In this document: positions 29,088-37,233 of the stretch, piece after piece
Position numbering within the stretch: the first letter of the stretch is position 1
Layout: the number at the start of each line of letters is the position of its first letter
Origin: Alkalispirochaeta sp.
GTDB taxonomy: Bacteria > Spirochaetota > Spirochaetia > DSM-27196 > Alkalispirochaetaceae
DNA length: 64,000 nucleotides
Reading direction: 5' to 3'
Assembly (NCBI GenBank): GCA_965601925.1
Contig: OZ271854.1
Span: forward strand, 960,001-1,024,000
Notes under the pieces: generated by a model
What the model saw: the letters and a program-made list of their open reading frames with translations, nothing else
The model's database searches: none
Told to the model about the DNA's origin: nothing
Program-made: the position numbers and the translations under genes

Positions 29088-30284
29088 ATGACCGATACTA
29101 TATTGACCCCACACACAATGACCTTTCGGCGCCTATTCAAGGACAACATCAGAAATTACTCGATGTTCATCATGTTGGGTTTGATCTTCGCCGTGTTTGC
29201 CGCGCTGACCGGCGGCATCAACTTCTCCTCGCGGAATGTGTCGAACATCTTCATGCAGAACAGCTACATCCTCATCCTCGCCGCCGGCATGGTCCTGGTC
29301 ATCATCGTCGGCAACATCGATCTCTCGGTGGGATCGATCGCGGCGTTTACCGGAGCGATCGCCGCGATGCTTTACAACACGGGGATGGGGCTTCCGGCGG
29401 CGGTCTTGTTGACGATGGCGGCCGGAGCGGTGATCGGCGTCTTCCAAGGATTCTGGATCGCGTTTATGAAGATCCCCGCCTTCATCGTCACCCTGTCGGG
29501 CATGCTCCTGTTCCGCGGGTTAACCTACGTCATTACCAACGTCACACCGATCTCCCTCGCGGACGACGGCTTTCGGCAAATAACGTCGGGATTCTGGTCG
29601 ATAGAGGCGCTTACGGTGGACCGCACTCACTACTTTGCGTGGGTCGTCGGCGGTGCCTTGGCGCTCGTCGCGGTCCTCGCGTCTCTCAGCGCGCGTCGCA
29701 ACAAGCTCCGCAAGGGGTTCGAGCTTCTGCCCATGTCCGCGTTCGTCCTGAAGAACGCCTTCATCGTCGGCGGAATCGCGCTTCTGTCGTGGAAGTTCGC
29801 CGATTTTCGCGGCCTTCCGGTCATCGTCGTAGTACTGGCGGTAGTGGTGGGGGTGCTGACCTTCGTTACCAAGCGTACCGTTATCGGTCGCTATATCTAT
29901 GCGGTCGGCGGCAACGCGCGGTCGGCCAAGCTTTCGGGCATCGACTCGGAGATGGTCGTATTCGTGGTGCACGTGATCATGGGCAGCCTCGCCGGGCTTG
30001 CGGGCCTCGTATTCGCCGGATACATGAACTCCGCCCTTCCCCAGGCCGGACAGCTGTTCGAGCTCGACGCGATCGCAGCGTGCTTCATCGGCGGTGCGTC
30101 GGCGTCCGGCGGCATCGGGACGATCATCGGCGCCATTATCGGCGGGTTGGTCATGGGCGTCATCAACAACGGCATGTCGCTGATGAACATCGGCGCCGAC
30201 TGGCAGTACGTCGTCAAGGCGCTCGTACTCCTCTTGGCGGTCTTCTACGATATCTACACGCGACGCAAGGCGGGCCTCGCCTAA
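29088..30284 (+). CDS. gguB: Monosaccharide ABC transporter permease (GguB/MmsB type)
   Basis: IDLSVGS, IPAFIVTL, FELDAIAACFIGG. Confidence 0.85.
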   Translation: MTDTILTPHTMTFRRLFKDNIRNYSMFIMLGLIFAVFAALTGGINFSSRNVSNIFMQNSYILILAAGMVLVIIVGNIDLSVGSIAAFTGAIAAMLYNTGMGLPAAVLLTMAAGAVIGVFQGFWIAFMKIPAFIVTLSGMLLFRGLTYVITNVTPISLADDGFRQITSGFWSIEALTVDRTHYFAWVVGGALALVAVLASLSARRNKLRKGFELLPMSAFVLKNAFIVGGIALLSWKFADFRGLPVIVVVLAVVVGVLTFVTKRTVIGRYIYAVGGNARSAKLSGIDSEMVVFVVHVIMGSLAGLAGLVFAGYMNSALPQAGQLFELDAIAACFIGGASASGGIGTIIGAIIGGLVMGVINNGMSLMNIGADWQYVVKALVLLLAVFYDIYTRRKAGLA

Positions 30285-30297
30285 CATTCACGCCCGG

Positions 30298-30336
30298 ACG
30301 GAGGGTGCCGCGAAATGGGGCGCGGCGTCCCTCCGT
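30298..30336 (+). terminator. GC-rich stem-loop after ABC operon
   Basis: ACGGAGGG-TGCCGCG / CGCGGCG-T-CCCTCCGT; no clear U-tract. Confidence 0.4.
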
Positions 30337-30384
30337 GGGTTACAGTTTCGACAATAGACTATACTCTGTAGGAAGAGGTGCCCA

Positions 30385-31995
30385 ATGGAAGAGCCCAATC
30401 GGGTCGAGCAGGTGATCGCCCGCTACAGCGGCGAGATTCGCTCCCTCATTGACAAAACTTCCAGCCATATCTGGGATCTGGTCGCGGTATCCCACCTCAA
30501 CGCCGCCTTCGTTCGAGAGATCGTCGCATCCAATACGGCCAATCAAGAAGCGCTCTCCATCGTCGATACGGAGTTGAATCAACTACAGGGCGCGTCGGGC
30601 CAGATCGTTGAGGCCGCCGGCGAGTCCGTCGGACGCCTCGATACCAGCCGCAGCCTCTTTGAGAAAGTGCGCGCCAACATGGACGCCTTCGCACGCGATC
30701 TCTCGGAGATGGAGAAGCGCTTTCAAACGTTCAGCGCGATGGTCGGAGAGGTTAACGAGGCGGCCGTCGGTATCGTGAGAATCGTCGAGGCGATCCAGGG
30801 CATCTCCGACCTGACGAATCTGTTGGCCCTCAACGCGGCGATCGAGGCGGCCCGCGCGGGTGAGCACGGCCGCGGCTTCAAAGTCGTCGCCCACGAGGTG
30901 AAGAAGCTCGCCGATCAAAGCCAATCGTTGACGAAACAGATAAGCGACGTCCTCGGCGATCTGCGGTCGCGCATGACGACGACGCTCGAGGCTTTGTCGG
31001 AGTACGAGGAAATCAAGAGCAAAATCAACGACCGCATAGAGACCACCGGCGATCATCTACAGACTTCCGGCGAGGCGTTGGTTCGGGCCGATGCCGCAGT
31101 CACGGAAATCGAGCGGAGTGTACGGGTTCAGAAAGAGAGTACGGACCGGATCGCCCGTCAAATCGAGAGCCTAAGCGCCGCCGCCGCCACGGTACGGTCG
31201 AGCGCAACGCATATCGTCGCTAATCTCGACCAGGAGCAGCGCGTCGTAGACGCGTTAGCGCGAAGCGACTCGAGCAATCGCGCCGGCGTACGGACCTTTC
31301 ATGACGACTTGGCGCAGATCGGTATCCTGAAGCGCAGGAGTCGCGTCATTTATGTGGGTCACGACCTTGCGTATCCGCCGTGGTGTTATGTGGAGGACGG
31401 TCGTTCGGCGGGGATCAGCATCGACATCCTTACCATGATCGCGCGCAAAATGGACGTCAGCGTGGTGTATCAACCCCACCAATTCGAGGATTCTCTTCAC
31501 GACCTTTTCGAAGGGCGAATCGACTTGCTCTTGAACGTCGGCTGGCCGAACGCAATATTCGACGGCAAGGACGTGATCGTCACGAAAGCGTATGCGACGT
31601 TCGAACCGGTGTTGTTCGTCTACGGTGAGGCCGACGGTGCGGCGGCGCTGGAAACATTTTCGGGAAAGCGTATTGCGTACCAACAGGGGAGTTATACCGA
31701 GCACTGTATGGAGGGACAATCGGCGCAGATGGTTCCGGTTGAGAACGACATCCAAGGTATTGCCAAACTCGTCTGGGGGCACGTCGATGCGGTGGCGACC
31801 GAGCGAATTGTCGGTAACCACATTTCGAATCGCTTCTTCCAGGGTCACATCAACGAGGCGAGCTCTACCTGCGTAATCGTCAAGACGGTAATGGTACTGC
31901 CTTCGGACCGCACGGAGCTCCGAGACGGTTTGAACGGCGCCCTGGACGACGGGACCGTAAACGCGGAGATCTCGCGCATCATGGCGCGCTACTGA
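30385..31995 (+). CDS. Soluble methyl-accepting chemotaxis protein fused to C-terminal amino-acid-binding (SBP family 3) domain
   Basis: [25 protein letters not shown]; no TM; C-terminal [10 protein letters not shown]...GISIDI. Confidence 0.8.
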   Translation: MEEPNRVEQVIARYSGEIRSLIDKTSSHIWDLVAVSHLNAAFVREIVASNTANQEALSIVDTELNQLQGASGQIVEAAGESVGRLDTSRSLFEKVRANMDAFARDLSEMEKRFQTFSAMVGEVNEAAVGIVRIVEAIQGISDLTNLLALNAAIEAARAGEHGRGFKVVAHEVKKLADQSQSLTKQISDVLGDLRSRMTTTLEALSEYEEIKSKINDRIETTGDHLQTSGEALVRADAAVTEIERSVRVQKESTDRIARQIESLSAAAATVRSSATHIVANLDQEQRVVDALARSDSSNRAGVRTFHDDLAQIGILKRRSRVIYVGHDLAYPPWCYVEDGRSAGISIDILTMIARKMDVSVVYQPHQFEDSLHDLFEGRIDLLLNVGWPNAIFDGKDVIVTKAYATFEPVLFVYGEADGAAALETFSGKRIAYQQGSYTEHCMEGQSAQMVPVENDIQGIAKLVWGHVDAVATERIVGNHISNRFFQGHINEASSTCVIVKTVMVLPSDRTELRDGLNGALDDGTVNAEISRIMARY

Positions 31996-32066
31996 ACCGC
32001 GTCGTCGACAACTCCCGCGAGCTCGAGCGCATACGTCGGTTGCACGTGGGACAGGAAATCGTCGCG

Positions 32067-32915
32067 CTATCCTTTTACGCCGCCGGCGGCGAGGCCCGAG
32101 GCGATGAAGCGCTGCAGAAAAAAGTAGAGCACCACCACCGGAAGCGATATGAGCACCACGTTGGCAAACAGGAGATTCCACCCGGTTACCGTACGTTGCC
32201 CGAAGAAGAAGAAGGTGGTAAGTGTCACGGTGAAACGCCGCGGCGAATTGAGGAGAAAGATCGCGATCTCAAACTCGTTCCAAACGCTCATAAAGGTGAT
32301 GATGATAACCGTGACGGTAATGGGTTGCAGGAGCGGGAAGATCACGCGCGCGAAGGTCTGAGGCGGCGTGCATCCGTCGATCACCGCCGACTCGTCGAGC
32401 TCGCGGTGGATACTCTTGTAGTAGCCGGTATAGAGAAAGACGGCCAGAGGAAAGAGTCGCGAGGTGTAGGCGAGGATCACACCCAAGTGCGTGCGCGCGA
32501 GCCCCATCGAATCGATGATGAAATAGGTCGGTACCACCGACGACGGCAGCGTCATGCCGGCCAAGATACAGAAGTTGATCGCAGCCACGATGCGCTGTCT
32601 GCGCCGCTGAATGACGAACGCCGATGTCGCCGCGCACACGACGATCGCCGCCACCGAAAAAGCGCTCACGATGAGGGTGTTCGCGTACGCGGTAAGGAGA
32701 TGTGCCTCGCGGATCACCGCCGCGTAGTTTTCGACGATCTGCGCCAACCCCGAGGTCGGGAGCGCGAGCTCGAGCCGGTTTGCCGCCTCGGGACTCTTAA
32801 AGGAGTTGACGAGAATAAGCAGAAAGGGAACGAGCATCGGCAGACTCAGCGCAACGGCGGCGACCTCGACGACGAGTGATCGAGCCGGCGTTCGTACACG
32901 GAGGGGGATACTCAT
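32067..32915 (-). CDS. Carbohydrate ABC transporter permease
   Basis: ELDESAVIDG EAA loop, WNEF. Confidence 0.9.
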   Translation of the reverse strand: MSIPLRVRTPARSLVVEVAAVALSLPMLVPFLLILVNSFKSPEAANRLELALPTSGLAQIVENYAAVIREAHLLTAYANTLIVSAFSVAAIVVCAATSAFVIQRRRQRIVAAINFCILAGMTLPSSVVPTYFIIDSMGLARTHLGVILAYTSRLFPLAVFLYTGYYKSIHRELDESAVIDGCTPPQTFARVIFPLLQPITVTVIIITFMSVWNEFEIAIFLLNSPRRFTVTLTTFFFFGQRTVTGWNLLFANVVLISLPVVVLYFFLQRFIASGLAAGGVKG

Positions 32916-33842
32916 CTATACCTCGACCTCTCGTTTGCTGATGAACAGATAGGTGGAGAGGGAGATTGCCACGATAATGAGGCTAAGCACCACCGTGCCG
33001 GCCGCCGCTTCGCCCTGGCGATTAAAGACAAACGATTCGTAGACCACCGTGTTGATCACCTCAGTTCGCCTCCCAGGCCCCCCCTGCGTCACCGTTGCCA
33101 CGAGGGCGAAGACCTTCAACCCTCCGATAAGGCTGATGATGATCGCATTGTTGAGCGCCGGCATAATGAGCGGCAGGGTAATGTGGACGAACTTGTGCCA
33201 TGGCGAGGCGCCGTCAAGGGCGGCAGCCTCGTAATACTCTCGAGAAATCGTCTGAAGACCGGCGAGGAGTATCACCATTGTGAAGCCGACCCATTGCCAC
33301 ACCTCGATCACACTCAAGCTGGTCATGGCAATCGCGCGATCCGTGAGCCAATGGAGCGCCCATGCGCTCAAACCGACGGCGTGCAGAAATCGGTTCAAGA
33401 GGCCGAGTGTCGGATGAAGGATCGCGGAGAAGACGATCCCGACTGCAACGACGTTGAGGATCGCCGGGAGATAGTAGATCGAACGGAGGAAGTTCTTGGT
33501 GCGCAGGCTTCGATTGAGAAAGATCGCCAGCGCGAGACCGAGCCCGACCTTCAACACCGTCGTCAGGCCGGCAAAGTACAGCGTGTTGCCGATCGCAATG
33601 CGCAAGTCGGGATTGGAGAGGATCGAACGGTAGTTTTCCAGCGCGATAAACTCGGCGGAGAAAAAATCCCACCGAAAGAACGAGAAATAGAGTCCGACAA
33701 AAAAGGGCAGCGCAAAGAAGATGAGGTAGATCGACGCTCCGGGAGCCAAAAAGTACAGAGGATAGAGCGTACGATTAAGAGGTCGGTATGTCGTCATAGT
33801 GCGTCGATTTCTTTCACCATCGTCCGACTCCGACGCCGTCAT
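32916..33842 (-). CDS. Carbohydrate ABC transporter permease
   Basis: EYYEAAALDGAS...HITLP; alternative start 33797. Confidence 0.9.
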   Translation of the reverse strand: MTASESDDGERNRRTMTTYRPLNRTLYPLYFLAPGASIYLIFFALPFFVGLYFSFFRWDFFSAEFIALENYRSILSNPDLRIAIGNTLYFAGLTTVLKVGLGLALAIFLNRSLRTKNFLRSIYYLPAILNVVAVGIVFSAILHPTLGLLNRFLHAVGLSAWALHWLTDRAIAMTSLSVIEVWQWVGFTMVILLAGLQTISREYYEAAALDGASPWHKFVHITLPLIMPALNNAIIISLIGGLKVFALVATVTQGGPGRRTEVINTVVYESFVFNRQGEAAAGTVVLSLIIVAISLSTYLFISKREVEV

Positions 33843-33871
33843 GGTGCCGGAGTCGGACAGGGCCCGCGTAC

Positions 33872-35200
33872 CTACCAGTTAGGATCGTCGGCGTCGCGCG
33901 CCTGTTCGGCAAAGTTCTCGTCGATCCGCTGTGCGATCTCCCGCGGCGTAGCGTCGCCCACGAGCATCTCCGCGACGTATCGCTCCAGAGGTCCTCTCGT
34001 GTATCGCAGGAATGCCGTCGGGTCGGGACCCGCCCTCCCCGCCTCGATCAGTGCGAGGAAGTCCTCCTGGACCGGATACAGCTCGGCGACCTCGACACCC
34101 GTCGATATGAACGGGATCCCCGGTTGCGCCTGAAAGAACGTGTTCATCGCCTCGGGGGAGACGAGGAAATCGACGATCCGTTTACTCAGCTCCGGGTTGC
34201 GCCCCCCGGACAAGACGTACAGTCCCGTTGGCGTGTTCGCCACGATCCACGCGTCGTCGGTGACCGGAAATGCGAATCCCCCGATATCGGAACGGAGCGT
34301 CTCTTCGGAGAGCCCTGCCAAGTCGGGTATCATCCACGTCCCTTGGACGTACATTCCCGCCTCGCCGTTCATAAGCGCTTGCTGCGCCATCGCGTAGGTA
34401 TCGGAGAGAAACGTATCGTTAATGTAGCCGCGCTCCACAAGTTCGAGGGTTCGCTCAAGAGCGGTGATGAAGAGATCCAGGTCGGCCCACTGCATCTCGT
34501 TGGTGCTGAGGCTCCGAGCCAGATCGGCGATGCCGGCGGCACGCTGCTCCTGCGCCAGACCGATAAGGGGTATCAACTGTCCGGTCCACGCGTCGTTGAT
34601 CGAGTAGTAGACCGGCACGCGTCCGATCGCCTCGATACGGCGGCACGCCTCCAGGAACTCCTCCCACGTCGTCGGCACGCCGTCGATGCCCGCCTCTTCG
34701 AAGACGCGGCGATTGTAGAAGACGCCGAACACCGTCGAATCGTTGAACGGGGCCTGAATCAATCTACCGTTTTGCGTATACGCGGGCCACGACAAACGCT
34801 CGGCATCATAGTATCGGGTGAACGAGAGGTCGGAAAGATCCTCGAACAGATCGTCGATGTTGTCGCGTCCCAACCGGCTGGCAGTGACGTTGGCCAACTG
34901 CCAGTAGAGAATATCGGGGTAGTCCCCGGAGGCGAGGCGCGCTTGAATCACCTGCTCTCCCGACGCTCCTTCGGGTACGCGCTCAAAGACGAGACGCGCT
35001 CCCAGCTCCTCGGCACGCTCGTTGACCAGATCGAACGCCGCCTGCGCGCCGGGGCGTAGCCACGAGGTGTGCATCATCACCGTCAGCGTGGTAACCCCCT
35101 CTTCCTCGACCTCGCCGCCGCCGCCGGCCCAAAGCGGCACGGTAACCGAGAGCAGCACACCGAGGAGTATGAGCAATCTCATTACGCTTCCTTTGTTCAT
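33872..35200 (-). CDS. Carbohydrate ABC transporter substrate-binding protein
   Basis: Signal peptide ...LWAGGGGE, SGDYPDI, FYNRRVF...PTTWEEF; SD AAGGAGG. Confidence 0.88.
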   Translation of the reverse strand: MNKGSVMRLLILLGVLLSVTVPLWAGGGGEVEEEGVTTLTVMMHTSWLRPGAQAAFDLVNERAEELGARLVFERVPEGASGEQVIQARLASGDYPDILYWQLANVTASRLGRDNIDDLFEDLSDLSFTRYYDAERLSWPAYTQNGRLIQAPFNDSTVFGVFYNRRVFEEAGIDGVPTTWEEFLEACRRIEAIGRVPVYYSINDAWTGQLIPLIGLAQEQRAAGIADLARSLSTNEMQWADLDLFITALERTLELVERGYINDTFLSDTYAMAQQALMNGEAGMYVQGTWMIPDLAGLSEETLRSDIGGFAFPVTDDAWIVANTPTGLYVLSGGRNPELSKRIVDFLVSPEAMNTFFQAQPGIPFISTGVEVAELYPVQEDFLALIEAGRAGPDPTAFLRYTRGPLERYVAEMLVGDATPREIAQRIDENFAEQARDADDPNW

Positions 35201-35406
35201 AACGGTCCTCCTTTGACACATCGCATGGTCCGCCAACCTACGGTGCATACCGCGGGATGAGCGGCTCCGTCTCACCGCGCCGGGCTCGGGCCCGCCGCTC
35301 CCGGTACCGGACGTACCGTGTACCGTTCTCTCCCGGAGAGTGCAATCGGCCTCGCCGGCGGCGGTAACGTCATCGTACACCCCCTTCAGTGGGGGCGAGG
35401 GAGGGT

Positions 35407-35451
35407 AAAAAGGCTACGATATCGTGTGAATTACTCTTCGTTTTTGTGGTC
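35407..35451 (-). promoter_or_regulatory. Conserved upstream motif (putative YesN-type activator site), copy A
   Basis: TATCGTGTGAAT 35420-35431 with extended similarity to 37096-37140; -10-like TACGAT at 35372-35377. Confidence 0.55.
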
Positions 35452-37011
35452 GAAGTAGCCCTCGACACGCGTCGTCGCACCGGGAGCGAAGATGTCCTGT
35501 ATCAGGAGACCGGCGTCGGGGTTGTCGGGAAGGCGCAATCTGCCGAAGCGCGCCCAATCGTCGCCGTCGATACCGCCCGTCTCACCCCCGGCGCGTAGAT
35601 GGGCGAGAAGCGCAGCCTTCATCTTCCGACGCGGCCGCTCACAGAGCGATACCCCGGCTCGATCGCGCGTCTCCTCGGGGTCGCCGAGTCGGTCGAAGAG
35701 AAACTCACGCTCGTCGGGAGCGCTGTATACGTACTTCCATTCGCGCGAGACGGCCATGTAGATCGAACCTGCGGCTCGGCGCGAGACGGGATCGTTCTTC
35801 ACCGTCGGGGGGAGGCCGATATCCATCAGTGTCGACCATACGGATGTGTCGATATGAGAAAAGACGCTCTCTCGCCGAGCACTTCCGTCGAGGACCCGAA
35901 CGAGTGACACCCCGTCGGTCTCCGATTCGTCGTCGAACGTGGTGCCGGCAATCTCGCGTAGCGTCGGCGCTATGTCGACCAAACTCACCGGTGTGTCGCA
36001 CCGCCGACCGCCGACAAACGGAGCGGACGGCCCGCCGTTTGTTGCACCTCGAACGATCAGGGGAACGCGTGAGGCGCCGTCGTGCATGCTTCGCTTGCCG
36101 TAGCAGTTGTAGTCGCCCAGAAGCTCACCGTGGTCCGCGGAGAGGAGGATCACGGTGTCGTCCAACACACCGCGCTCGGCAAGGGCGTCGACCATGCGCC
36201 CGACCTGATAGTCGATGAAGGAGACACAGGCGTAGTAGTACGCCTTGATCAGGCGCACCAGATTGGTGTCGTGTCCCTGGTCGCGATACTTGTAGCGATT
36301 CTGCACACGATTGACGAAGGTGAGAAGCGATTCCGAGTTCGCCGGGACTTTGGGAGGCGGCATGAGCGTGGCGCGATAGAGCTTGTGCCACGGAGAGGGC
36401 GGCGAAAAGGGTGGATGGGGATGGACGAAGCCGGTAAAGAGATACCACGGACGATCGCCGGTCTGCTCGCCGATGAAGTGCAGGGCTCGGTCTCCCACCC
36501 ACTGCGTCGGATGGAGGCGGGCAGGCACCTGAGAGGGCTGCGGTACGTAGTACATTTCGCCGCGCACGCCGTGAGGTTCGGCGACGTACTCGAAACCGCG
36601 CTCGGCCAGATAGGCGAGATAGTCGTCGCTCTCTCCATCGCCGAAGTCGTCCTCCTGTGTCTCGCGCGTCTGGAACCCCAACAGCGCGTCCCGGTTCGGT
36701 GTGAAGTGGCACTTTCCCACACCGTGAGTGCGGTACCCCACCTCGGTGAGAGAGTCCATGAACGTGGGACGTCCGTCGGAGGGCATGGGGCCGTTCTCGT
36801 AGCAACCGGTTCGGTGGGGATACTGTCCGTAAATCATTGAGCATCGCGCCGGCACACAGACCGGCGATGGGGTGAAGGCGTTGGTAAAGAGGACCCCTTC
36901 CCGACACAATCGATCGATGTTGGGTGTTTTCACAACACCGTTTCCCGACGCGCCGACGGCATCGAAGCGCAACTGATCGCAAAAGATGTGAAGAATATTG
37001 GATCGTCTCAC
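35431..37011 (-). CDS. Formylglycine-dependent sulfatase
   Basis: NILHIFCDQLR, CVPAR (CxPxR), GKCH, HPHPP, ADHGE...GK, RVPLI; GTG start with SD. Confidence 0.92.
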   Translation of the reverse strand: MRRSNILHIFCDQLRFDAVGASGNGVVKTPNIDRLCREGVLFTNAFTPSPVCVPARCSMIYGQYPHRTGCYENGPMPSDGRPTFMDSLTEVGYRTHGVGKCHFTPNRDALLGFQTRETQEDDFGDGESDDYLAYLAERGFEYVAEPHGVRGEMYYVPQPSQVPARLHPTQWVGDRALHFIGEQTGDRPWYLFTGFVHPHPPFSPPSPWHKLYRATLMPPPKVPANSESLLTFVNRVQNRYKYRDQGHDTNLVRLIKAYYYACVSFIDYQVGRMVDALAERGVLDDTVILLSADHGELLGDYNCYGKRSMHDGASRVPLIVRGATNGGPSAPFVGGRRCDTPVSLVDIAPTLREIAGTTFDDESETDGVSLVRVLDGSARRESVFSHIDTSVWSTLMDIGLPPTVKNDPVSRRAAGSIYMAVSREWKYVYSAPDEREFLFDRLGDPEETRDRAGVSLCERPRRKMKAALLAHLRAGGETGGIDGDDWARFGRLRLPDNPDAGLLIQDIFAPGATTRVEGYFDHKNEE

Positions 37012-37095
37012 TCGCTTTCCCTCCCGCGGTATACCGCGTCGCTCGGTACACACCCGCACGTATGGTATACCGAGCCCGCGGTCGACGTGGTAGAG

Positions 37096-37140
37096 GAAAA
37101 GACTCATGTATCGTGTGAATCGCTCAACGTTTATGTACTC
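37096..37140 (-). promoter_or_regulatory. Conserved upstream motif (putative YesN-type activator site), copy B
   Basis: TATCGTGTGAAT 37109-37120; -10-like TACCAT at 37062-37067. Confidence 0.55.
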
Positions 37141-37233
37141 GTCTGGCGATGTCGGCGGACGCCGATCCACGGCGGTGACGCTGCGTTTCGGCCGTGGTAT
37201 CGTGGGCGTCGAACATCCGACCTCGGAGGGGAC

